This document shows positions 25,822 through 39,187 of a stretch of DNA of 64,000 nt, piece by piece (position 1 is the stretch's first letter; each line of letters starts with the position of its first letter). The notes under the pieces were generated by a model, which made no database searches, had not been told where the DNA came from, and was given only the letters and a program-made list of their open reading frames with translations. Origin of the DNA: Zootoca vivipara (Eukaryota); contig NC_083277.1 of the NCBI RefSeq assembly GCF_963506605.1, forward strand, positions 75,206,001 through 75,270,000. The letters are read 5' to 3'. Made by a program: the position numbers and the translations under genes.

Positions 25822-28800
25822 CCCAAAAGGTTTTCTTCAAATGGACAACTTAAGTCTGAGCTTTACCAAATACTGACCTGTGATCCAAAGAACTGGGCAA
25901 CAAGTTCTGCAGGCCTAAGGGAGCTTCAGGGCCCCATTTCCTTAAGGGCAGTCTCCTGTCCCATGTTGCATGGCAGTTGGCTTTTTTAAATGGAGGGGAG
26001 CATTAAGGTATGGATTAAACAAGTGCATTTTACTGGGTACAGGTGATCCCTGGGAGACACTCTGAAGTAGCCCGTCAGATCCCAGTCACCACCTATTCTT
26101 AAACAGCTTTATATAGAGCTTGGGTTGGTGTAGTAGTAGTAATAATAATAATAATAATTTATTTCATACCCTGTGGACAAATGTTTCTGACTCCCAAATG
26201 TTGACCAATGCTAAGAACAAAATAATTTACCACCACCACCAATTATGCCACTGAAAAAATTGGGGAGAAAATAAACAGGGCTGGATTTTGTGCATGGAAG
26301 TTCTAGACTTCAAAAGAAAGTCCTGGGCTCATCATTCTTTATCTCTTGAACCTAGTTGGTGGATACTGATATTGTAGTAGAAAGCAAAGTAGATCCTACA
26401 AACCTGAACTCTACCCACCTGTGCCCTAAATGGCTTGGGAACACATTACCTCATAAACTGCTCCTATGATAATCTGCCTGGAACTTGGAGGCCCTGCTCT
26501 TACACTGGTGCCTCATGTGAATAATATGAAAATTCTCCATGTAAGTTCTCCATGTATATTTAAAGGGGGGGAATCACTTTCATCAACATAAAATGCTACC
26601 GGTACTAGGACTGATCTCCAACATAGATGGGAGGTGCTGTCTCTTGCTAATTATGTGTTTGATTTGTGGTTTTATATATAAAATATGCCTGTGTGTTATG
26701 TTACAAACTTTAAGAACACGATGGGCATTTAACCAAGTTGGATTTTAAAAAGTCTTTGTATGGTCAAACTTAACCCCTGACTAATTAAAACCTTGCTGCA
26801 TATGGAGAAGGAAAATATCCTTCTGGGTGATAAGTCCTGGCTCAAAAGAATATTGTTCCTCACAGATACCTCCTTGCATGATCTCATCTATATAATACAA
26901 TTCCCTCCCAATCCTCCATGTCCCTTCACAAACTGTAGCAACCACATATTGAAGGAAACGGGACTGGGGAAAAATAGCCAAAAGGAAAACTGCCAAGAGT
27001 GACAAGCTGCTAGAGAAATGCAAATGGTATCTGTCCAACTGTAACAGAGCTGTCAGAGAGGGGGGGGGAACCCTCAAAGCAACTGAATAGGGAGAAATAA
27101 AACCCAGCGAGTCACAACCCCCATCTCCACACTTGAATCCACAGGATTCTTTCAATATGAACTTACACCAGAAGTCAGGGGGAAATTACCAAGTTCATCA
27201 GATGTGGCATCACTTAGCATTATCACCAGGGGAACCAAGTGCCAGAACCTTTTAGCAAGAGCAGAGCCGGTGGTAAATTTGACTTTATCAGTGACTGCGG
27301 GATAAATGCAGGGCAAGCCATGCAAATCGTGGATCAGGGATCCCATGTTTCATTTGGAAGACAACACCTCCATTTCCTGCCTATTTAGAGATTGGAAAGC
27401 CAGAAGAGAAATGTTGCATATGTACTTGCATTTCTGAATTTTCATGGTAGCAGCTTTGCGGCATGTTCCAGGACCAGATGCAAGTTTACACAGTGCCAGT
27501 ACTGTTAGATAAGGCACCAGGCCACATCTCATACCTTCCTATACTTCCAAATGATAATCCGATGCTTGGCACAGCTCAGCACTGTGAACAACTGCCTAAA
27601 TCACCCAAAGTCAACATTACAAAGCACTTACGGGGGGGGGGGGGTGTCTTCAACTCACCTTATAGTCATCGACCTAAACAAAAGAGGATATCATATCAGC
27701 AATTTCTGCACATGCACCAATTCATGAGCCAATATGCCTTCAGATGAGTGCTAACACACAAGTCCAGCCACTTGTAATTCATATAGTGCAGTGGCTTAGT
27801 TGTACGTTGCAGGAAATACCAATGTATTTCACTGTAATAGAATCAGCAATGTTGTGCTGGACCAGTCACTGCCCCCAACTAAAAAGCTGCAGCTTGGAGT
27901 AGTGCATGCATAATCTTACAAAAGGAGGGCTTTATCTGTCCTCATATTTTAAAAACAAAGATTTCAATCACTTAGTTTTCTCATCCATCATTCATTACTG
28001 GTCTGGCATCACTAGCAAACTCCATTACTAAGACATCCATCAAGACCTTATTTCCGATGCATTCATCTACTTGCTAGCATTATTAGAAGAAAAACTGTTA
28101 ACAGCTACAAAAAGATGTAACCCCTTGTCAGCTGTAGAAGACAAAAAGGTTCTCAAAAATTCTCAATAACACTGGAAGTCTAGCACTGCCAATCTTCTAG
28201 TCCAACCACACCAACATATGTCATTTCACACGGGCTCCTACCGGTAGCTCATCTTTAAATTCAGAGCCATATTAGCATCTCCATTTTGTAAGTTGTGGAG
28301 CAGTATGTTGTGCTATCTATACTTCTTTTAATTGTATTCCTGAACCCTGGCCCCATGTAAGGGTTCCTATAGAAAAGGAACCAGCTTAATGATATTTTTG
28401 TAAAGAAGAAAGTGTCTTGTGCTTTGATTTACTGTGTTTGAGAGGATTAAGGGCACAGGCATAGGACAACAGGCCTTGTACTCTGAACACACACCCTTTT
28501 CCATTCAAGTCTCAGCAGTTGCATGCACAGTGCAAACAAGTGCAACAGTCCTCTTTTTGAGGTTGCCACTGAGAAATCCAGGGATTAATCTAGATCAGTT
28601 GGAGCCATGATACTAATTGAGGAGTGGGGAACATTTGGCTCTCCAGATGTTTCTAAACTGCAACTGTCATCAGTGCTGGCAAGCATGGCCAATGGCCAGG
28701 GATTATAAGAGTTGTCATTCGGCAACATCTAGAGGACCAAATGTTCCCCACACCTGTACTAAATAGTTCATTTTTGCTGCCCTCCTCCTCCACACTTACA

Positions 28801-28844
28801 CTCCTCCCAGACTCAATCAATATCTGTCTTCAGACTGTTTAGGC

Positions 28845-28982
28845 CAGTGTTTCTCAACCAGTGTGCCTCCAGATGTTTTGGGACTACAACTCCCATCATT
28901 CCTGGCCACTGGTCTTGCTAGCTAGGGATGATGGGAGTTGTAGTCCAAAAACAGCTGGAGGCACACTGGTTGAGAAACACTG
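28845..28982. mobile_element. hAT MITE
   Basis: TIR CAGTGTTTCTCAACC/GGTTGAGAAACACTG; perfect TSD GTTTAGGC. Confidence 0.9.
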
Positions 28983-29302
28983 GTTTAGGCAACCCAAGGC
29001 AAAAGTTCAGATCCCTGAACACAAAGCTGACCCATTGCCCAAACAGGTGTTGACACATTCATCAACCATGAGATGAGAGAAAAGGTCAAGTTCATTATGA
29101 AACACAGATGTGATACCACGACTCCACTAACTATAGGCAACAAGTTCATCTGAAGCAGGTTTCTCCAAAGCTGAGGAGATGTGGCGAGGAGGAAGAAACA
29201 AAAGTTATATGCAAGTTTAACTCTGCACTCTGTTACAGCCACCACAGAATAAATGAGGACAGAAGCAGATCCTCAAACATCAGATCTTCCGAGCACTCAG
29301 TA

Positions 29303-29545
29303 CAGTGGTACCTCTACTTACAAATAACTCTACTTATGAATTTTTCTACTTACAAATGGAGCTCCGTCCGCTATCTTGGATGCGGTTTAGATAGGATTTT
29401 TTCTACTTACGAATTTTTAGATAGGGTTGCTTCGACTTACGAATTTTTTCTCCCAATGCATTCCTATGGGATTCGACTTACAAATTTTTTCGACTTACAA
29501 ATGTGTGTTCGGAACACATTAAATTCGTAAGTAGAGGTACCACTG
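29303..29545. mobile_element. Tigger/pogo-type MITE
   Basis: TA|CAGTGGTACCTCTACTTAC ... GTAAGTAGAGGTACCACTG|TA. Confidence 0.9.
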
Positions 29546-31589
29546 TAAATGAGTAGCAAAAGTTACTCAAGGCCACATCTTCCTCAGTCTTTTCTCAGAG
29601 AACCAGTCTCCCCATTACTGCCCCACAGCTGAAAACACAACTTTCCATAGAATTAAGTTAAGGGCAACTGTCTGTCTGTCCGGGGGTGGGGGAAATGCAC
29701 AGGTCATTTCTAGGTCAGACTATGACACTCTGAAAGTTGGGAGTTTCCCAAACTCATGAATGCTAAGAAACTGCCTTCAGGGGAGAGAAAGGCAGGTCCG
29801 TGCTCAAAGTAGTTGAGAAAGCCTAACAGGCCTATTTACGGTTGGATCCAACCTCACAGAAAGAGCCTTGTAGGTAGCCAACAGCAAGATGACTCAGCCT
29901 CTCCACTTATTGTGTAAAAATAGGTTTGGAGTGTATATAATTAACTGTCTTTGGGAATCTGTCTTGTTCTTATATATAGGGGCAAACACTGTTCTCTTTC
30001 ACTTTAACGTTAATCTAGTTCACAGGGTTTCAGAAATAAAAAACATGGTTTTCTTTAAAATGTGTTTATTCCTCCAACGAATTGAAGGCAGCAGCTTACA
30101 CCATATGTCCTCCTACCACTTTTTAGCCAAGCAACTCCCCAGTGTGGTAGTTTAGGCTGAGAGACAGTGTGCCTGGCAATGGCCACACAGTGAGCTTCAT
30201 GGCCAAAAGGTAGTGCAACTACATTGTCCAACTGTACTTTTTTTACACCTGGGCTATCTATGTGAATAAACTGGTCTACCATTCTCCATGTGGTCGCTGC
30301 ATGTATGTACTGTACAACTGTCCATTATCAAAAGGGGTGGGGGAGATAGAATGGCCTTGTGATTCTTTCCCATTCCAAGCTTTCTCTGGACAATTCTAAT
30401 TATTTTTCCACAACTAATGTTGGAGTGGGGTACTTGTGCTCTGGAATCACTGGAATGTCACCAGTGAAGAAACAGTGCATGTACCAAAGTAGGAAGATCT
30501 CATTGCAGGTGACCTCTTAATTTACAGACAAAGCCTCTTAGATAAGAATATGTTTGGAGATGTCTTCTATCTGCAGGTAGATGGTATAATCACATCAATT
30601 TAAATGTGTGTGGTGTGTGTGTGTGAGAAGGCTTCAAAGTCTCAGAAACAAAACACCATAGGATTCCAGAGACAAAAGAAGACTCCTAAATTGCCCTTTA
30701 TTTTCACACCTGCCCTTCAAAAGATGGAAATACATGGCAAGCTGAACTATGGATTCAAAGGAAATCTCATCCTGTATTTTCACCCACTGGGATGAGTGGA
30801 AAGCATATGTGAACATTTAAAAATAGGGTGAAAGACCCCCTAGCTCAGGTAGAAGATAAAGAACAAAGGTCTATTATTGGTGTGTAAAGGTCAGCAGCAG
30901 CCAATTTCAAATCAACCACAACACAGATATTCCTGCAAAGGATGTCACAGCTGAATTACAGAATCATAAGTTCATTCTCTTTTCAAGAGCTAAAGCCTTT
31001 TAACTGTTAAAGAATCATAAGGAATCAAATGAGACCAAACATATTTGTGGTGGATATTTTCATTGCTGGAAGAAGAGGAAGGCTCACAGTTGCCAAGAGG
31101 GAAGGCAGCCTTTAATCCTTCACTTAGAGCAGTACTGTAATTTGAAGAGGAATTATGACATCACCAACCATTTTCATGCTACTCCAAAAGGGAGAAGTCA
31201 GTATTTTTTCCATCATAAATAACTGGAGGAAGGGCAAGACAAAAAAAGAAAAAGAAAAAGATCTGTTTAAATAACAATGAGCCTCAGGCCTAGTTCACAC
31301 AATATATTCTTGCTCCGTGCAAACAGTCCCAGGTATGCAGTCAAAGAGCTGAATTTGTCTGAAGGAACTCATTGGATACGGTATATATATGGCCAGCAGA
31401 AATCTTTGGAGAGATCTACATGCTATAAAATAAATATGGGCTCTAGAGCCACCGTATCATTATTATCCTTATTTGCCTTGTAATACTATTTTTTTGGGGG
31501 GGGGGTATCTGTAGGTGAGAACCAGCACAGAAAGATGCTTAACCCTTTCTAACCCTTTCCCTGTTCATCAGTTCTCCCCCGCAAATGGT

Positions 31590-31609
31590 TCTCTCTCTCT
31601 CTCCACACA

Positions 31610-31652
<43 letters not shown>

Positions 31653-31701
31653 TTTTAGTACATTGCCCCTCCCCCCAAGCAGGGCTGTCCAATTGGAATC
31701 A

Positions 31702-31763
<62 letters not shown>
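31590..31763. repeat. (CT)n/(CA)n and (TA)n microsatellites
   Basis: Direct reading. Confidence 0.9.
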
Positions 31764-31768
<5 letters not shown>

Positions 31769-32486
31769 TGAGGATAAATTTACAGGGAAGAATTCCTATT
31801 CCCACCCCAATTTTCCCATCGCAAGTGCTGTTTGAGAACACACATTGGCTAGCATGAAGTGTAGTTCCCATCTTAACGTTTGCTTCTAAAATCCAAAATC
31901 ACCATTAACCACGCTGAGGCATCTGGTGAGCAGCTGGAAACCAAATGCTTGACTAGATGGATATTTTGGTCTGATCCAAGAGGGCAGTTTGGGTGCAAGC
32001 TGATTTTTCATAACACACGATCCCAGTATGAAGGTTGCACACAGTAAGATGTATGCAAATGCACTCAGTGGAGACCCACAAATTTGATTTGGCCTTGGTA
32101 GTCAAGCGATGACTGGTTGTCAGGACCTTCCCCTTAAGAACAATCCGGTGCATTTTCGCACAGTCCTATTGTGCTCACTGGTGCTTACTCCCAGGTAAGC
32201 GTGCATAGGGGATTGCAACACAAGTTCCTGACCTCACAGAGCATCTCACTTGGAGGTTGGGTACAAGCCCCTTTTCCTCCTCCACCTCCAAAACTTTCAG
32301 AGCTGGAAAAGGGGACCGAGAAACTAATCTACTCAAAGGAAGGAGGGAGTGCAAATTACAGAGCTGGTTTCTGCAGTAACCACCATGGCATTTGAATTGA
32401 CCAAGATGCAAACAACTGCCCAACCCTACAGTCAGCTAGAAAGCAGGACTGCCTCATCTAAACAGCAACAGGTCATTAGGGTATGA

Positions 32487-32916
32487 CAGTGTTTTTCAAC
32501 CAGTGTGCTGTGGCACCCTGGGGTGCCTTGAATGATGGTCAGGGGTGCCGTGGGCAACACTGGCCTCCACGCCCTTTCCTTCCCTCCCTGCTCCGATGCC
32601 CTCTCTTGTCTCTGCCTCCCAAAGGCTTGCACAGCTGTTTGTTGCGGCAGCCCTAGCTAGAAGCTACACAGGCGAATGGTGCCTCTGGGAGGCACCTCTC
32701 TTTGGGGCGGGGCAGCTGCCCCAGAACTCCCAAGGAAAGGGGAAAGAAGAGGCTGAGGGAACTCTCCACAAGGGAGGGTGTTCAAAAAAGGGTGAGAGGC
32801 TGCCAGCTCTGCAGGCAAGGGGTGACATAACTGGGCTCCTGAGCCCCACAGGGGTGCCGCAGATAGAATGTAATTGGTTAAAGGAGCCGTGGACTCAAAA
32901 AGGTTGAAAACCTCTG
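32487..32916. mobile_element. hAT non-autonomous element
   Basis: TIR CAGTGTTTTTCAACC/GGTTGAAAACCTCTG; perfect 8-bp TSD GGGTATGA. Confidence 0.88.
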
Positions 32917-32991
32917 GGGTATGATAATCAAATCTTATGTCTATCTGAACTGAAGAGCTATACCAAACTGATTCACTTCGCCTATCCATTA

Positions 32992-33267
32992 CAGTGGTGC
33001 CTCGCTTAACGAATGCCCTGCTTAACGAAATTTCCGCTTAACGAAAGGTTTTTTCTAGCGGAGGTTGCCTCGCTAGACGAATTCATTTTATGAAAAATTC
33101 GTCTAGCGAATCGTGGTTTCCCATAGGAATGCATTGAAATTCAATTAATGCATTCCTATGGGCAAAAAAAAAAATTCAATGCATTCCTATGGGATTCGCT
33201 AGACGAATTTTTCGTTATAAGAAAAGACCTGTGGAATGAATTAAATTCGTCTAGCGAGGCACCACTG
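32992..33267. mobile_element. Tigger/pogo-type MITE
   Basis: TA|CAGTGGTGCCTCGCT ... AGCGAGGCACCACTG|TA. Confidence 0.9.
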
Positions 33268-34328
33268 TACAGGCAACAATATCTTGTTGATTTTCCTTCT
33301 CATTTAAAGGATTGTCTTTTCCCAAATGACTCACTTTTTCTCTTATGTGTAAGAGCCTACCATCTTTCTCCCCCCTTGATTATGCATTTTCTCCATACTA
33401 TGATGTCCCAGACAGAACTATAACACAGTTAAGAACATCTCTATCTGTAGTCACTGGCAAATCCTTCCAAAGATAAAGAAAACCCTACTCCAGTCAACTC
33501 AGGAGTGTATTTCAAAGGATGAATGTGGCCAGCACTATAGCATCATTTGGTGCAAAGGCAGCATTCAGTTTTGAGAAACCAAAGGAATTATCCATAGTGA
33601 AGAGTAAAAGCAAGACCTAACTCTGCCCCAGTCTAATAAGATACATAAGGAAATGTCATGTTATAAGCAAGGTATTTTAAAAAGCAAGCATTATAAAAAA
33701 GCAGCAGCAATCTAGTAGAAGAGGCTTTTAAATGTGTTTGTGGAAGGGGGTATTGCTTTGTTGTTTTTATTTACTGGTGTTTATACCTTGTATTTTTATC
33801 CTGTGAACCACCTTGAGATCTTGTGAGGAAGGGTGGTATATAAATCTAATTAATCATAACCATAATAATCAATATTTGTAAGTAAGTAGAACCTCATCTC
33901 CAACTGCAGCCAGTTCTAAAGCACATGTCTGCAACTGAATTTTGGCTGAAATCATAAACATACTGTATTTAACAAGAAGCTCTACTGGACACAATAGAGT
34001 TTATTGGCATAGGGTTGTACTGTAGATCATCCCCACTATTTGTTTCCTTTATCTTCCTCTCCCCACCCGCTTCCCTGTGTTGCCTTCTCCACTATCAAAA
34101 TTTGGCAGATCGTCGCCGTGGTGCAGTGGTTAGAGCAGCCCTCCCCAACCCGGTGCCCTCCAAAGGTTTTTGGACTGCAAATCCCCATCACTCCTGACTA
34201 CTGGCTATGCTGGCTAGCACTAATGGGAGTTGGGAGTCAAACAACATCTGGCGAGAACCAAGTTGGAGCACAGAGACCAGGTCCAAATTCTTTCTCAGTA
34301 GCTGATTGAATGGCCTCTGCCAAGTCCA

Positions 34329-34381
<53 letters not shown>
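34329..34381. repeat. (CT)n(GT)n compound microsatellite
   Basis: Direct reading. Confidence 0.9.
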
Positions 34382-34383
<2 letters not shown>

Positions 34384-35739
34384 CCTAACTCACAGTTATA
34401 TTGTTGTGATAAAAATGGGGAACCCTGTACGCCACTTTATGCTCCATTGGAGAAAAGTGGGATATAAATGCAATAAAATAAAAGGTCAGATTGTTATGAC
34501 ATTCTAAAGCAAAGCCTATACTGGTGACAATTGTTGCTTAGAACAGTATAAATATATGAAAAGAAAACTATCACAGTCTCATAGCTTTTTATCTCAAAAT
34601 AGCAGGGGAGGTATCATTACACCATTAGAAGTACCGTAGGTATAGTGAAAGATTGCTGCACCAATTTGTACAGTATGAGAGGATATAGAATTAAAAGACC
34701 GGCATAATCTACTCGTGTTTCATCCTATGCTACCATTCACTCCTTGTTCTCCTCTGCATCCTCCTGGCTGCCTCTTACGGTACTTAACTCCCTTTTTCAT
34801 TATTCTCAGAAACAATCAGGTTCCCATACATGAAGCACAACCTTCCATCTCTGATGTATCTATTTGCACAGTCTCACCCCTCCAGCTCCTTGGTTGTGTG
34901 TGTGTGTGTATTGTGAATGAATTAAACATTGCCATGGATTCTTTAACAGAGTTAAAGTTGCCAGTCAACTCTTTGGATAGAGACTGTGTTCCCTCGCAAT
35001 CTATAATGCATGAAATATTTGTGTTAAGGATTCAGCCCAGAACAGGCAGGATATTAAAAGTGGGATAACATATCCTGAAAGAAGGGGAGGTGTGTGCTAT
35101 TCAGCAGGCATACCCCAGTGTAGTGGAAATGACAAGCTGCAGCACCCAACCTGCCAGTCACCAGCCCCAACGGATACACACTCCAAACAGAATCTGACAG
35201 TTCTGACACATTGCAGCCAGGTTCTCACAGCCTTACAATGCCTGAAAAGCACAGCAAGCACAAAAGCAGGGAGTACCAGAGGTCTTCTTGCCTGGGGTAG
35301 ATCGAAATCTGAGCAAACTTCTCACACACCCTACAGATGCACTTCTAGGCTGTTGAACACAAATCTGGAAGGAAAGCCACTACTTTCCTTTCTGAGAAAG
35401 AAGAAACCCATGTAGATTTCTCTGCCAGGAGAGCAGCTGCTCTCCAGATCCCCTCCAGCAGTTTAAATTTCCAAGCAACCATTAAAAGCAAACGCCAAGG
35501 GAGACATAAGCTTGCCCATCCCACGATGGGACCCGTCCAGAGCATTGGCCAGATATTTAAAGTGACGGGCTGGTCAACATGCACAATCCTGCCTTTGTAA
35601 TGTCAACGCTGGTGAAAGAAAAGAAAGAGCCAGGCGGCAAGAACTTCCTGCCTGGCTTGCTAGGAAGTTGCAGTGTGTGCACAGACAATTCCAGCTACAA
35701 CATGCACTCACAGTGGATACAGGAGGGAATGGAAGAGAC

Positions 35740-37580
35740 CGCACAGAAGCGGCTGCGGGAAGGCGACCCCATCGCCTCTCAGCTAGCTAGGTAGCTGCAG
35801 CCAACGCGCCCCCCCCCAAGAAAAACACGCAGGGGGAAGACGCCCGTGCGAAATCCCAGCAAAGCAGCTGTATCAAGAGCAGCAGATATGTCCCAGCATG
35901 TGAGGAAAATGAACGGCTAGAGGATTTTTTTCAAAACGCTCTCAGCAATTCTCCCCACCCGACCGCGGGTTACACTTACACACACATGCCACGCTCACTC
36001 ACATAGTGTTTGTTGGGAATTCGCCGCTTCTGCACGTCCAGCACCTTCACCTCCAAGATACTCTTCCGGGGCATAGCGCTGGTCCTCTGCAACCCGAACC
36101 CCAGAAGCAAGTAACAAAATAAAGCGGGAGGGGGGAGGGAAGGAGTGTAAATCTTGGAGAGGGGGTAGAGGGGAAGATAAGACTGAAAAACCCCTCCTCC
36201 GGGAGGGTCGTCGCAGACAACGCTCCTGACCCAAAGCGCAGAAAACTTTTAAACGCAGCGGTTGCAGAGATTGTGCTGCTAAGGAATAGGCGAGCCTGAG
36301 CCCCACAGCACCCTCGGCGCCTGCCTGTGTCCCCCCTTCCCCTTTCTTGCTTCTGCTTCCTCTTCCTCCTCCTCCTCCCCCCAGTTCTACCCCCTTCGCT
36401 TTTTCCCTGGCCAGAGTTTGTAGATGCAGGAGGGCTCCTCCCAGCCCATCCCTGCCAAAGCAGCCTATCCCACTCAGGCGCAGGCGGTGTGGTTATGGCG
36501 CTCTCTGATCCAGCCCCGCTCCCCGGGCTTCTTAAAGGGCCACGAGCACCGCGCGGCTCGCCAGCGCTTTCAGGCCAAACACGCAGAAGCGCCGAGCCAG
36601 CTCGGCTGCCCCCTCTCCGCGCCATGCGTTTGGCTTGTGCCGCTGAGGGGTGGGGGGGTGGGGGCGGATTGGGGGGGGGTTGGAAGCAAAGGCGCAACTT
36701 TTCAGCTGTGGCCGGAACACGGGTGGGATTCGGAAGTTGGAGTTGGTTGGCAAATCCACACGTTCCTGCCCACTGCGAGCAACACAACCAACCAGCGCAC
36801 GATCCTTGCCTTTCTTTCACGTCACCCATAAGCAAGATCAGCAAGGGGGAAATAGAGTGACTAGATTAATATGAGAAGCGAGTCTTTTCCACACACTCCC
36901 AAGTACTGTAGCATTTTAACCTCCATTTGACCCCCCCAACTCGCCCGCCTCTCTCTCTCTCTCTCTAGTGAAGGAAGAGAGCTCGAAAGCAGCCGAGGTT
37001 AAATGCAGGCGTCGCCTTTCTCTCAGAAGAGGAAAGGGCACCAATTAATCCTCGTCTGAACCTGGAATTACCACACTTTGAAACGTTCCTTGTCGCGGCA
37101 GGAGGCGGCGCAATTGGTTTCCGAGGGAGGCCGAAGCGAAGGTCGCCTTTCCAGCCGTCGTCGCATAAAGCGCTCCTTTTCCACAACTCTCCCTCCTGTC
37201 CCTCCTATGGAGTAAATAGCCCCTTGCAAAACGTCGCCCCCTCTCCTGTTCCCCGCGGCGTCAACTTTACACGCTTGTCCTGCCCCAATAAAGGGAGCGG
37301 GTGGGTCTTGAGGGGTGGATTCAGCAATCCCACCCGCCATTGTATCGTGTTGGGATCTGTAGGGAGAGGGTGCGTGAGGCCACCTTGGAGATTAAAAAAC
37401 ATGGCCCCGAAACATAAGCCAGCTCCCTCAGCTGCTGTGCAATACAAGAGGACAACGACTGGTTCCAACGCTGGATCTAGACACATTTTTTTTTTAAAAA
37501 AGCGTTTCAGTTTAAAGCGGCATAAATGTAAACGGGAAAACGGGTAGAGAAAAACGGGACTTTGCGTCGCCATCTGGTGG
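35740..37580 (-). promoter_or_regulatory. SH3PXD2B: CpG island / promoter and 5'UTR of SH3PXD2B
   Basis: Marked rise in GC and CpG spanning exon 1; GC-box-like elements (e.g. GGGGCGGA near 36662); exact TSS cannot be determined. Confidence 0.8.
36003..36074 (-). CDS. SH3PXD2B: SH3PXD2B (TKS4) coding exon 1
   Basis: [27 protein letters not shown]|gtgagt; matches the recalled human N-terminus [25 protein letters not shown]. Confidence 0.95.
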
Positions 37581-38320
37581 CACAATGTTATATCACACAT
37601 ACAACGCATATAACTGAAGGTAATGAGCCAGGAGCCTGACAAGATTTTGGTGAAGACCGATAAGGCAATAAACTTACTGCTTGAAGATATGAACTGTAAA
37701 TGCATGCCTATTGATGGCTTCACTTTGTGACAGAAGGCTCTTGGCCTCTAGAAATTCTCCCAGCCTTTAGCTGAGGATGGGCAGCCTGGGAAGGCATTCA
37801 AAGCCAGCCCCACTTGGCTTCAAAGCTTTAAGATCCACTTCGACCTGGAAAATGTGCACACAACTGATGCTGCTGCACTTGCAAAGAGGAACAGTGTACA
37901 GAAGACAAAGATGAGGATGATGACAGGATATGCCAGCAAGTTGGAATCTGCATCAGTTTGCTTTCCCAAGCACATGAAAACACATGAATTGATTGCTGAC
38001 TTTCATCCTTCTATTGAACAAAGCCTCAAAATTGCACGTGACTTTACAGACACTTTGAGACCTTATCCAGAAATGCTCCAGCTGTGAGACAACAATGGCA
38101 GTTGCCAATCACCATGTTTCTCACAACAAAAACCACCAGCAGCAAATCAGTTCACACAATCAACTTCTGAAGCTTAACTAAGGCCAACCATGTCATCTGC
38201 AAATCAGTTTTTGTGTGGCGTTTTCTGTTTTTCAGAGGTTTGTTTTGACTACACACAATTTTGGCTTTATGCACTATCCCTGGAACATCATCCCCAAATA
38301 AATTGCAGGTTGCCTGTACC
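37400..38320 (+). mobile_element. Decayed, internally deleted Tigger/pogo transposon
   Basis: MAPKHKPAPS start at 37401; about 37620-37860 reads DKILVKTDKAINLLLEDMNCKCMPIDGFTL*QKALGL*...FKASPTWLQSFK (CENP-B-type HTH of Tigger transposases, with stops); TIR-like end GGTTGCCTG|TA. Confidence 0.7.
37564..37582 (-). promoter_or_regulatory. CTCF binding motif
   Basis: Minus strand TGCCACCAGATGGCGACGC matches core consensus CCASYAGRKGGCRS. Confidence 0.65.
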
Positions 38321-38444
38321 CTCCACTGAGGGACACAGCTGGGAACTAAAAATTCCCCTCATCCCCACCCCTTGAAGCCTGCAACAAATAATAGGAGTCT
38401 GTATCTACACAGTTCCTTCATATACAGTATTATAGATTAAGAGT

Positions 38445-38543
38445 ATAAAAAAAATTCCTTCAGTAGCACCTTAAAGACCAACTAAGTTTTTATTTTGGTA
38501 TGAGCTTTCGTGTGCATGCACACTTCATCAGATACACTGAAAA
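38445..38543 (-). mobile_element. Short Penelope terminal-repeat fragment
   Basis: Reverse complement of the 16745-16830 segment; flanking imperfect direct repeat AGATTAAGAGT/AGATTAACAGT. Confidence 0.8.
38498..38535 (-). ncRNA. Minimal hammerhead ribozyme motif with canonical core
   Basis: Minus strand GTAT-CTGATGA-A-GTGTGCATGCACAC-GAAA-GCTC-ATAC. Confidence 0.8.
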
Positions 38544-39187
38544 AGATTAACAGTGTTCACCACATAGTGTATGAGGCAGCTGCTTGTATCTTTCATGCAA
38601 GTTGTAAACTCACTAGGGACCACAGTGCTTCTTCACCACAGGCCAAATGAAGTAATATACAGGGCCATGGAGGGGTGACTGGCCGCCCCCAGAATATTCC
38701 AGGACCTCCGTCTGAACAGTCTGTTTCCATTAAAAGGTCTGTGGGCCTGTGACTTTAAAAATTCAGTATTAAGCACAGCTGAAACCAAATAGGGTGGGTC
38801 CTGAAAAAAATGCACCTCAGGTGTCAAAAGGCTGGGGTAAAGAAGTGCATCTTTAGCATTCCCTAAAAGCTATCCAATGAAGGTCCCAGACACACCCCTG
38901 TAGGGAGGAGTGTTGTGGGAATGCTTAGTTACATTTTAAAGTGAATTCAGATTTAGTGCTGGCACATCACTGACTTTCAGATTAATTGTATTCTCTTATA
39001 AACATCTCATCTGTGTCCTTGGCAGCAACTGAAATACATCCCACTTTCTTCAGCAGCAACAGCACAGTGCAAAACAGTATAATTTAATATACAGCAAGGC
39101 ATATCTCTATAACTTCTTTAGTTGCAGAGACTTAGTTCTGTTAGCATCCATTGGCACCAAGTAGTGTAATTGCTACTACCTCTTTGA

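Noticed and set aside
36047-36860. Long ORFs of 265 aa (-) and 177 aa (+) over the CpG island
   Set aside because: GC-rich, stop-poor promoter/5'UTR sequence with low-complexity translations; the real CDS starts at 36074 in another frame.
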